Position numbers and translations under genes: made by a program. This document shows, piece by piece, positions 52,345 through 64,000 of a stretch of 64,000 nucleotides of DNA. Position 1 is the stretch's first letter, and the number at the start of each line of letters is the position of its first letter. Source of the DNA: Antedon mediterranea. Lineage: Eukaryota; Animalia; Echinodermata. The stretch is taken from positions 33,415,648 through 33,479,647 of the forward strand of contig NC_092673.1 in NCBI RefSeq assembly GCF_964355755.1. Reading direction: 5' to 3'. Under the pieces are notes generated by a model that ran no database searches, was not told the origin of the DNA, and worked only from the letters and a program-made list of their open reading frames with translations.

Positions 52345-55300
52345 CTAAAATTAGAAAAATGAAGAGAAAAAATGTTGTAATTACAAACAGAAACTATTGG
52401 TTGTTAGGGAGTTTTAGGGACAGTCCTTTGGTTGTTATGGAATTTAGGGACAGTCCTTCTTCTGATTAGCGATCACTTTCAGAACAAACGTTTTACACTT
52501 TGTAGATGGTTTAGTATTCTTTGAGTACTTTTGAACGACCTTTATAGCGACCACTTTTATTTATTTTCCTTAAATTATTTCACTTAATAAATAATAAGTC
52601 TTTCCTTTCCATTAAATTGAATTTATTTGGATAGGATATTTGTTTAATTTTAAGGGTAGCCCAAGTGTGAATGGTGAATACGGCCACTACTGTCTTTAAA
52701 TTTCGAATTTAAATTACTTTAGGAAAGCTTTTTTCTAACTAGCGATCACTTTCGGAACGAATGTTCTAAACCTCTTCGAGAGTTTAGTCTCTACTTGTTG
52801 AATAATCTTTTTCTAATTAGCGACCAGTTTTTTTTCTCGGATATTTCGCGTGTCAAGTTTAACGTCGGATTTCACCTGCTCAGAACCGTGGTATTATGAA
52901 CGCCTTGGTTTGGAGAGAATAATGCAAATTACTCAAGACTATTAGGAATAAACCACTTCATATACATGATGCATTCGTTGTTATTTATTTAATCATAGTA
53001 GCAATCAACTGATTTTACTACTGTTGTAATTTGATTGATATAGCAAATTAACATCATGATTTCTCTGACAATTTTATCAATATACTGTACATAGCAGCAC
53101 GTAATCATGTAGAAAGCTCAGGCGTCGGAGGAGCAATTTCATATTCGAGTATTATTATCCTTCATAATTTGGTCTCCACATGTTTACCATTTGCTTATTA
53201 ATTTTACAAACGATACGCAGTTAATGGTTCATAAAGCTGGAAATAGGTATAATTGCATTGGTGTACTAGTTATTAACGGTTCAAACTTCAGTCAGCCGCG
53301 GTAACAGCAGGTTGATGGGCCTTGGTCACGAAACAGTGTAGAACGTAGTTAAATCCCTATTTAGGCCTAACTTTGTAAAAAAAAAAAGATAGGTATAAAT
53401 AATATAAAGCCTACGACAAAAGTGCAAATGTGATAATCAAACGTATATTTTATATAGACAATTGTACATTTTTTTAACATATAGGTATGGTCGCCCTTGT
53501 TACAATAAACTACCGGTAATTCAATCTCAGCTTGATATACATACACACACATACTTCGGATCGAAATGCAAAGAACAAAATGTTTTAATAATTTTGCTTG
53601 TAACTGTAGCTTGTTTAATAAAGATATATGTAGCTTTGTATAAACAGATAATACAGTAAACATCTTACATTTAAATTACATTGTACAACATTCCTCCTTT
53701 GTTCAACAGTAAATTAACATAAAAACAGAACTTACTGTACAAGTAAATGCAAAGCTATATAGCTGATTATTATTATGGTCATTATGGACATGCTTGATAT
53801 TACCAACACCTTACAGTACATTACTGATAAATACACCCAATGGTATAATACCATTTAGTCAGCCTTAAGCAGTAGCCTACACTCAAAGTACACCAGACTC
53901 ATTACATTAATATACACATACTAGACAACCAACATCAGTGACGTCACGAAGGATACGCAGCCGATGCGCGCGCATGACGTTGAAATCTGCGCGTGCGTTA
54001 ACTGTATGTCCCACATTTTTTCACTGACGATTTGCATACATACCGTATAGATAATAGGATTATTAGAAAACATATTGTTTGTATACAATAATTACTCCAT
54101 AAAAACGTTTATCGCCGTGTTAAAATGCATAAACATAAATTATCTAAATGGAGCTATTATTTACGTATGCATATGCAAAATAACTGTATAACTATAATCT
54201 TGTTTTTAAGAGAAAAGGATGCATGTGCTGTGCTTTCAAAGTGTGTGTATTCATTTAGCCCTAGAATACAAGCAGTTTGAAAATAAGTTCTTACGCTTTG
54301 GTGTGTTATCCTCTGTTTCTGGAGGCTGGAAAATAATATAAATATATTTATTATGAAAATATTAATAGCCTATTAAAACCAGTAGTATACTCTGATTTTC
54401 TAATATCATAATTTATATTCATAAATTGCGAAATCGAACAATTAATGTTGTTCTCCAAAATGCAAAAACAGAGAACCATTCCTTTGGTTCGGTGGACACT
54501 GCTATTGAGAGGACATTTTCCCGTGGAACGAATGAGAGGAAATAAGTGTTTTGAACTCTATGGCCAATCCTTATTCAGAGAACACCGCATTATAAAGGGT
54601 TATCAAACGAAAAATACATAAAATATTATTCTGTTGGTAGATCATTGTTTAATATCTCATATGATTTTAACTGCCAGCATCTTTCCCAAATATATTTTAA
54701 CATGTTTAGTGTTGTGAATTGTAAGGCCGGTTAATATGTATTATTCTGTTTCAAACGTGTGTAAAGAGTTGTTAAATAGCAGTTGATTGTTGAGTAGTCT
54801 GTTGCCGTAACATTGTGTGTTTTCACACGCCATAGTGCCAAAAAAGTCAATGGATTATGGTCCTGATCTCAATTAATTGTCCTTCATTGTCTTCTACGTT
54901 TTATTAATTAATAGTGTTTGTTTTTGTAATTGTGGTCGGGAAGATATTTAAACACCAATTATATAGGAGTTATTTAAGTTTTAAGGACGATAATGAGGCC
55001 TGAAGAGAGATGATAATGAGAATGTTAGGAAAGTGGAAGTTTCTAAACGAATTTTTTATTGGAAAAGAACTTATTTTCCAAAATGAAATATGATTAAAAT
55101 AAATAATTATTTACAGACCTACTTTATACAGTAAATCCGATATTATAATTCTGTAGGCCTACCTGAGGAATGTCCTCGGGAAATACAAATATTGTAGGAA
55201 TAGCAGTATGTTTAAGACGAGTTTTTCCTTTATACATTTCAAAATTATCTGGAGTAAAATGTCTGGAGCACAACAGTGTCCTTGCTTTTGGCATCCACTT

Positions 55301-56014
55301 GCCCACATTCATGTTCATTACCCATATCCACAGTCTGTTTGAGTCTCGGTGGGGAAATCTAAAAAGACGATCATTCATACATTTCAGCATTATATAATAT
55401 CCTGTTAATCGTTGGCGGTAAACGCTTAACAGACTCTTGCAGAACTAAGATTGTTTGGCCAAAGGAACCGTAGTCTATTATTTTATTTAAGTCAAACCTT
55501 GTGAGCTCAGACCTACTCTAGGCCTACCTTATATTTGAATAAAATGTATAGGATACCGTATTCTAACAAGAAGCAACTAGCCCTTTTAAAATGGTTTATA
55601 TATACGTACTGTCATAGCTTACTCATGTCACCTAGGCAAAGACAATCACAACAGCTATTCGGTAACATTAGACTTTCTACCACAAAATTAACAGCTTTGT
55701 TAGTTTAGTTTTAGTATTATACAGTACATTGTTGTCGGTTGGTTATTTTCCTTTTTTTTAAATTAATGACGAATTCACATTCTATATAAACTCCATGACT
55801 ATCAGTTAAAGATATTTCTATCTCCCATCAGTGTTGAAGTTAGCCCAGACAACTATCAGACATTTGTATTTTATAGATCTAAACACAATCGTTACATTGT
55901 GCAATGTGAAATTAGATGAAAGACGGTGCCTTACCTGTGGAACGTAATTCCTTTCTCTCTAGGTATAGTCTTATCATGGTATTTACAACCCTGAGCTGAA
56001 CACTGTAATGGCAT
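47944..56014 (-). CDS. THAP zinc finger + CAP (GAPR-1/GLIPR2-like) domain + acidic tail protein, predicted 433 aa, 6 exons
   Basis: Exons 56014-55935, 55358-55163, 54325-54295, 52344-52186, 51454-51335, 48659-47944. All GT-AG, phases 2/0/1/1/1 consistent, 1302 nt with no internal stop. Confidence 0.72.
49604..50491. mobile_element. Non-autonomous element with long TIRs built from TTGCGCAA repeats
   Basis: TATATGTTATGCGCGATTTGAACGATTTGCGCAATTTGAAATTGCGCAAAAAAA at left and its reverse complement ending at 50491. About 6 TTGCGCAA palindromes on the left and about 15 on the right. Confidence 0.85.
55163..56014 (-). CDS. THAP-type C2CH zinc finger exons
   Basis: MPLQCSAQGC...GITFH|RFPHRDSNRLWIWV...WMPKARTLLCSRHFTPDNF...RLKHTAIPTIF. 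All four Zn ligands, the invariant P/W/F/P and the AVPTIF box are present. Confidence 0.92.
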
Positions 56015-59000
56015 TTGGCTGCAAGATGATGTTGATAGCTTCAGACTTTAAACTGACAATACGGTTTCAATCTATCTTCTCAATCGCCGTCAAGCGTTTT
56101 TAGACATACATCCGTTTAATGGTACCACTTTACACATGTACCATCACAGTCGATAATAGTTGTTGAATTTAAGGTGATGTATTCTGCAAATGCGTGACTT
56201 ACCATGGCGGTTACACAACTGGATATAATCCAAATGGACACTATTATATAAACATTCGAACGTTACTAATATCAAATGTTCATTTGCATTTTATTCACCA
56301 TTGGTTTTCAAACAGATCAGTCGCGTCTCCGTCCGTCTGTACGCACTAATAATATCGCATTTGTTAAAATAAGCCTTTTAATTACAGGTCAGCGAATCAA
56401 ACAATATAGCCAACTTTAATCAATCGCACTTCGGTAATCAATATTTTACAGTAAGCATAAAGGAGGCCATATCGTTAGATCATCTTCAGCATTGATATTC
56501 ATATATACATTAGGCCTATGATAGTCATACATTCAATGTATCAGACCCGAAATAACATTCGTTCGCATGGGAGCAAATTTAATCGTCCCCTGTAAGAGTA
56601 CAATTGCAATGAGATAACATTGTTTTGCGGCATGTTCACACACGAGTAAATTAAATACCGTGATATGCAGCTCTAAACGCTATATACGCACATTGAATGC
56701 GGTGCACATTAGATCAATTCTCCACAATTTTTCTATCGAACTTAGCACCTTGATGCAAATATACATAACGATCGTTCTCGTGTGAAAGAACCGTTAAACA
56801 TTGACAAATATAGTTGAAAATTGCTCCAGTGGGAACCAAGCAAGTGAATGTGTTGGACCTGCAGTAAACTGTTTTATTACATTGTGATTATATAGCAATT
56901 TTAGACTAACGATGCGTGTTAATTGTAAAGTGCAATTTAGGCCATTGGCTAGCGATAGGTATGTTTCAGTGTCTATCCCGGGAATATGCATTTCCCTTTT
57001 GTATACAGTTTTTAAAGTAATTTTTTTGTGTAATTTGTATGGACGCACCATCTACGCATGTGTGCCACTGTTAAAAAAGTGTTGTTCCAAATAAACATTA
57101 TGTTATACATTGACAGTTGCTTCAGGTTGCCAGTCTTATTAATAGTTTGGACATGAATTTCCATTATGACGACGCGTGTTTGTTGTCAATATCGCAGATT
57201 TCCCCATACATACATTTTACATACCTTATTTATTTCAGCACATGGCGGCAGGTTTAGTTTCATTCTTTTAACTGATATGAGTTTGTGATAGGCTTATGTG
57301 TATAGTTAGATGGATGTGTTGTGTGCGAATGGGTATTTAGCTATGATGGGTACTGATATGCATGTTGTTGTTAATATCACACCATCAGATATCGTATATA
57401 ATTTAGTCTTCATCATTTTTACACTATTATTTTTTATTAACTAGTGTCTCTATTATAATTAAACTTCATTGTGACTTAGCTAGCGTGTAATATTGCGTAA
57501 AAATCCCTGTTTGTTAATCTGAAACTTCGACCCAGGACTATGGGGCGCCATAAGCAGCAAATGATGTGTATAAGCCTTGTATTTAAAACGAATAATGTGT
57601 GCTACATCAAATAGGCTGTGGAATGTGTAAATGACATGGTAGGCCTAGGTCCCAAGTCTCTATAATTGTTGCTAATTTTGTTATTAGGCCTACTGTAGTA
57701 GGCATACTGTACAGTACGGTATTCATTTTATCATGTGCGCAAATAGTCGGGCATTTTGATTTTAGTCTGTAAGCTAATGTTTCAGCTCAAGTGTTATGGA
57801 CCCTCTGGGAGAACAGTCTTAAATGATATGATTGATTATGATTAAATTATCTTTTACCAATATTAACTTGAATCGTCGTCTAGAACCATGGACCTATAAT
57901 ACTGTAGGTCCATGCTAGAAACTAGACTAGTAATTGGGTACAACAACCGTACAAGCTAGGTTACTGTACATAAGTGTGTGATATGCGTAGTTAACTAATA
58001 ACAGTCCCTGTCATGACGTGCTTGCATCTATAGTTTGTAAAAAATCAAATCTATTTCCATATTACATTAAAGATAACAGAATACATTACGAGTGACAGTA
58101 TAATTAATATACGCAATCATTAGCACAATCCAACACGATCGAACATAATGATTTACGTATTCTGTCGTGTCTACAATTAGAAACAAATCCAAAAGGGCTC
58201 TTTTAAAATCCTTGCCATCGTCCGTACGTGCAAATAGACCACATTCCGTCTATTTTGAGTACATACACGTTGCTCTAATATATAACACCTTTAATCCCCC
58301 TTTCAAAATAACATCAAATCTAAATGCACATGACAGGTGTGATCTATATTAAACATCGTATAGAACAGAAGCTATATATTTTATGAATACGTCAAGGAAT
58401 TTTATTAACTTAAAAACAAAAATGGAAATTTTAATTTTTGTGTTAATCGTTATAGTAGAATTAGAAAATTAGAATACATTTATAAATAAAAATTTTCAAT
58501 AATTGTTACTATACTTTTTTTCATTTTGAAATTGTCATCTCCTCCAACAGCTTAAAAGGAGTGATTTATTTTTACTATTTTAACCTATAATAATACAATA
58601 GGCCTACAAAATATACATCACATGATAATACCATCACTTCTCTACTGTACTGTATCTCCACCTATACTGTATGGCTTGTATTTGTTCATATCATAGGTAA
58701 ATTATGTAATACAATGTCACTTGTATCACATATGCAGCCTGTATTATGTTATGGTTAGGGATAGGTTAGGCTTATTACATATCATACATGCGTCACATGT
58801 GATACATTATGTGATACTGTGTTTACAGGATTTGCCTATGATACTCTGTACAAATGGATACAGTACTGATAGTTGAATAAAGTTTACAGAAAAGGAGTGG
58901 CAGTCAAGAGTTAATCTTTCCTTACATTCATTCTAGGCCTACGTGCTGTGTCAGTGACACCAGAGTCCCATAATGATGCTTCAGTTGTAGTTGTCATAGC

Positions 59001-60178
59001 AACATGACAATGCACTCTACAACATATAGATTACATTATGGCAATAGATGAATATTTCTCTTGTAAAACTTATGATTTATATTTGTAATGTCTTATTACG
59101 TTTAACACATTTTGTGGAGTATATGCGGTGAATAATTTGTAGTTATATGTCCGATGGCAGTGTTCTTCCGTAAAGTTAATTTGTTTGTACTAATCGGCAG
59201 TGTAGCGTAGCACAATTCGCGTACAAAAAACTAAACTACCACACATTTATAAAATAAAATGCAGTAGGCCTAGCCTTCAAAACCATGTTTCAGACATTAG
59301 ATTGATTATCAATTATTGCTAATCAAACGTTTAAAATGGAACTTTTCCATGTAACACACGGTCATACAGTACTTTAGCTTTCTTTAGCAGATATAGTGGC
59401 ATTTTAGTACGTAGGCCTAGCCGCCTATTATCTTAAATAGTAATAGGATCATACATGGTACTGAGAGTAGTAGACCGTTTAGTAGAATTGTATCCCACAT
59501 ACGTACATAGGCCTACGATGTGTCTATTTAAAAGATTTCAGAGAAAAGATTATAAAAGACAACTGTTGCATGTCATGACCTCTCACTTTATTTGAACACT
59601 TGTAAGACAGACAAGTACGTGATTAAACATTTTAATTGTACTTCATATTTCCTGAAATACTAATATCATAGACCAGGACTATTGGCTTACCAGCTGTACA
59701 GGTCTACTGTAACTGTGTTTACGCTTAGAGATAATATATTCACTAGGCCTATAGTATAATTATTATCTATGGTAGACTAATAAATAGTGTCTACATGTAT
59801 ATAACAACTCCTGACGTTTTAAAAACTATAAGTTCATACTTCCTATTTAATGGTCTTTTAAAGTTGGATCACTATAGAAATCCTTATTTAAAATAAGTGT
59901 ACCGTGTGTAAGAACAGTTAGCATTGGTCTTGAAATCAAAGACACTTGTCTGATTGTGTTGGTCTAACTCCAATTAAAAACTGGCTCCACATCCATTCAT
60001 TGGGAATTGTACTCTGTTAGTCTTTAATTATGTAAATTTACAGAGAAAATATTGATAACCTGGCAGAGATATGTAATTTCATGGTTGATTAAGCCACAGA
60101 GAAACTACACTACCGTTCTTTGCCATGTAGCTTAACCATGTGGAAATAGTAATGTATTAAAAGTTATCTGCGCCTTAC

Positions 60179-60330
60179 CTGGCATTTTGGCCACTTTGAG
60201 ATATGTATATCCACAAGTGAAAAAGCTTCAACTATCTGTGTGTTGTAGAAGTGTCCAAGAAACTTGTTTTCTGTAATTTTCCGTACAGTAGTAACGTTTC
60301 GAAACAGTAGTAGTATTGCTAGGTTTTATA
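60179..60330 (-). promoter_or_regulatory. Candidate distal promoter and first exon (ATG CCA G) of the CAP gene
   Basis: Minus-strand TATAAAA at 60324-60330, then gccaaaATGCCAG|GTAAGG (ATG at 60185). Phase 1 matches the acceptor at 52344. Confidence 0.55.
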
Positions 60331-61506
60331 TGTGCTGGTAGCTGATGTCCCTGGTGTCTGATTTGCTGTTTGTCGTGTTAAGTCCAAAGTCGACTAGTCA
60401 TGACTAATCACAAACTTACACCACAATGTACTCTTGCCGAATATAATAATAGAACAGGTAAAAGGCTATATAGAATACAATACGTTTGTTAGGTTGGTAG
60501 ATACCTGCCAAGGTTAAAGACCGGTGCTTAGTTTCTCGTAGTATTTTCAAAAGGCCTTTTTATAAAGGTTTTGTTTAGTTTGTAAGGTAAAAGAAACTAC
60601 TTTCTGAATAAAGGATCTGAATTGAAAGCAAATACGTCACGCTTCGGTAGCTTGATATGTCACAGTGGTTGCATCACAAACACTGTCGTATAGACTTATT
60701 TGCTATTTTTAATATAGGTCTACTTTGCGATTAGGGCATTTTTGAAAACAATATATGAGCAGTATTTCCTTGTTCATGCTTAATCCCGTACTTTTTGAAA
60801 ATGTATCATATTATAGGCCTATGCAAATTAATTTTGACATTCCTATTATAATATAATATTGTTGTATAACGATCCTTCATTAATTAGCAGTAGGCCGATT
60901 AAACTATTTTTGAAAAATGAGCCTTATTATGTATTAACAATTTTAAGTCACATTCAACAGAATACAGTCATGGGCGTTCCATACCTTCGTTTTATTAGAT
61001 TTGAAAAATCTAATTAAATTAAAAAAGTTATTTTGTCTTTATGGGGTACTTGTATGTAGTATCAATATTATGGTTTTTAAGATTCCTAAATTCTATAGCG
61101 TAGCAGTTCCTCTCTTCCAGCCACACATCCACCACAAGCACCTACTCGACCACCCTTTTAACTCAATGTGGGCTAGGGTGGCTGCATCCCAATGTGTTAT
61201 AAGCTGTATTTCGTAACTATAATACAAATGGACGATTGGAAAATGCGCGTGTATAATAAATATTCAGACAATTTTCATATTCAAGTCATTTGTGGAATTT
61301 CACCTCATCTAATTTGTCCTATATTTTTATCGAGCAGTTTAAGTAATGGTAATTTGTGGTTAACACAATTTTTGATGCGATATAAATTACGAAAAATATC
61401 GCCATCATTCCACTATTTGTTCGATTCAATGGTAGGCCAATTTAAATTATCTTTATACTTATATTAAGCATATCATAGCTTATCTTTGATGATTCTGTCT
61501 GGTTTA

Positions 61507-61645
61507 AGCTCTGTATACACTACGGTATCAAACTAGTTTGACAAAAACAATGTGTGATGTACCCAAATATGGCAGTGATATGCCCACATATGGATGGTAG
61601 TTAGGCCTATATGACATTTTGTTTGATAGTGTAGACAGAGATTTA
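61507..61645. mobile_element. MITE, same family as 19477-19637 (diverged)
   Basis: AGCTCTGTATACACTA...GTTTGATAGTGTAGACAGAG. Confidence 0.7.
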
Positions 61646-61833
61646 GAGGGTTCTGCTAAGCACTGTATCCCATTTTAGCAGACATTTAATCATCGTATCT
61701 CATCACAATCATCATAATCATCATAATCATTATAACATCAACAGTAACACTTATTTGAACATTATTATATGATAATAATAATAATAATTACATTAAAAAA
61801 AGACCACACTGATCCAAGGTTTATATTCTTTTA

Positions 61834-62163
61834 ATTACTAAACATGAACAAATAAATTGGTGAATATCACCTACCCACTTCAGGGTGCATTACTAAACAT
61901 GAACAAATACATTGGTGAATATCACCTACCCACTTCAGGGTGCATTACAAAACATGAACAAATAAATTGGTGAATATCACCTACCCACTTCAGGGTGCAT
62001 TACAAAACATGAACAAATAAATTGGTGAATATCACCTACCCACTTCAGGGTGCATTACAAAACATGAACAAATAAATTGGTGAATATCACCTACCCACTT
62101 CAGGGTGCATTACAAAACATGAACAAATACATTGGTGAATATCACCTACCCACTTCAGGGTGC
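61834..62163. repeat. 55-bp minisatellite, 6 copies
   Basis: Unit ATTACAAAACATGAACAAATAAATTGGTGAATATCACCTACCCACTTCAGGGTGC, head to tail with no spacers. Confidence 0.97.
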
Positions 62164-63229
62164 GTTACATTGTAATGTATACAATAAATATCCTTTAAAA
62201 TAAAGGTACTATGGTGTTTTTTCCTTTAAAGTTCAATAAATAATCCTACTCAACTATTAATAATACTGTATACGAAAATAGTCATGTGAACCTTACAGTT
62301 ATACCTTCAAGATGAGTCAATCATGAAGTTTAGGGCTACGGGGTCCGGTTGGGTGACTCGAGACTCACTCTCGTCGTCTCCAAATTACAACGGGACTTTT
62401 TTTTTTATAACGACGGAAAGCGCCACGGAAGGCGGCAAAAGCTCCCGTTCACATTAGGAGTGATAAGTTACATATGTGCCGTCTTCTAATAACGTTAAAA
62501 TGACTGAAGTAGATATTATTCTTAAATACCTCTACAAAATTTAAATTTCGTTAGCTTAAATAAAAGGCCTACTATTGAAATATTTAATTTTTAAAAAGTA
62601 ATATTTCACTAGACTAAACTGTAGTTTGTGGACACTTGATATGATTGACAGGGCATTGGATAAAATGATTTTTTCACGAATACATCCGTTTCTCCCGTCC
62701 TGATGTGTAAAGTCCCAAAATGACTGCGTAAAGTCCTTGAACAAGGTAACGATCAGCACTATTGCCGCAGAGGGGAAATCACCAAGGAGAATTTACCTTT
62801 TTTGTTTTATTAACTTCATGAAATATTATTAAGGTGAACGCTGCTTACAACAATCGCAAGTGAATATAACTTTAATAACCTAATTACGAATCTTACAGAA
62901 ACGGAAGGTTGGAATCCGTTTTCGTTATCGTATTTTGTGCGTTTTCGAATTTCTTTTGACATCTATTTTTGTTTACGTGTTTTTCTCTAATTTATAAAAA
63001 TAAAGTTATTGAAAGTACAGTACTGTCTTTATACTAATTTATAATAAACTTAATTACTTCAATAAATAGCATTAACTATTATAAATATAAATACAAGAAT
63101 GAATATTTTTTTTAACTACACATTTGAATTAATAAATATGATTAAATATACAAAAGGTTTGGTTATAACGAATGGATGATTACGAGGTACAATTGGAACA
63201 TTGACCCACTACCAAAAGAGGCACCGTTT

Positions 63230-63334
63230 GGAACATTGTCCCGTACCAAAATGGCGGAACATCTTCCCGTACCAAAATGGCGGAACATTGTCCAGTACCA
63301 AAATGGCGGAACATTGTCCCGTACCAAAATGGCG
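63230..63334. repeat. 26-bp tandem repeat, 4 copies plus a degenerate copy near 63194
   Basis: Unit GGAACATTGTCCCGTACCAAAATGGC. Confidence 0.9.
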
Positions 63335-64000
63335 CTTACGTTATGAGGTGTGTATGAATCGTATGACGTCATCCTTCATTTGACTGATGTAGTCCGTAAA
63401 ATTCTGCAGAATACCCAACGTTAAACGATTGATGATAACAGAGTTGACCAAGGGTGTTAGATGAACAGAAGAGGGTGTTGTTGAAGAAGCCAGTGTCGAT
63501 GCATTTAGCGACGTAAGCTAAAAAGATGGAAAAGAAATAACTACGTCAAAACATGCGTACACACAAATCCGTGCCGTCATAGCATGCTTTTCAGCGACTA
63601 CAAAAAGTTGTGTGCATGCGCAGTTAGGCATATTTCATGTTAAAATGTAAACGTATACAAAATTGACGACATCAATATTGTTTTAATAGTTGTAAATGCT
63701 TAATAGGCTCTAATTTTATTCGTTTAAAATCGGTACGCTTGATAACCGTGAAAATCAGTACTAACTACGTTCACACTTTGTCTCAGTTCGAGTACGGTGG
63801 CCGGATAACTTAAATATAATGTAAATAATAGTATCCAGGAGGAATATGAAATTTGCACACTAACGCATTCCATATTGCGTACAAAACGCACGTGTGTGAT
63901 TCAAAACGTAACGCTGCCTGAAGTTTCTGGCCACCGGACCAAAACCAGGCTCATTTTGAACGTAGCCTTAAACAAAGATGGCCGCCGGCCGTACTTACCA

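Noticed and set aside
55124-56014. THAP exons as part of an autonomous P or Harbinger transposon
   Set aside because: No transposase catalytic ORF, TIRs or TSD nearby; the exons splice in phase to host CAP exons.

Overview
AT-rich, intron-containing animal DNA, probably from an invertebrate deuterostome such as an echinoderm. That assignment is inferred from a Deu-domain SINE and pervasive TAGGCCTA. Three protein-coding genes can be rebuilt by hand with in-phase GT-AG junctions. (1) BAG6 on +, 21 coding exons, 15260-29949; intron 11 holds one CR1-group LINE nested inside another. (2) An SLC10A3/A5-type bile acid:Na+ symporter on -, with a single-exon CDS at 32783-34153 and a probable non-coding first exon near 40.4 kb. 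(3) A - strand gene, 47944-56014, in which an intact THAP zinc finger splices in frame to a GAPR-1/GLIPR2-type CAP domain and an acidic tail. Two candidate alternative first exons would give THAP-less isoforms. This THAP-CAP fusion is the most unusual feature. The rest is MITEs, SINEs, minisatellites, a nested inverted-repeat element with about 20 TTGCGCAA sites, and tiny CATG...CATG palindromes with 7-bp flanking duplications that resemble P-element excision footprints. All calls come from manual reading; no searches were run.
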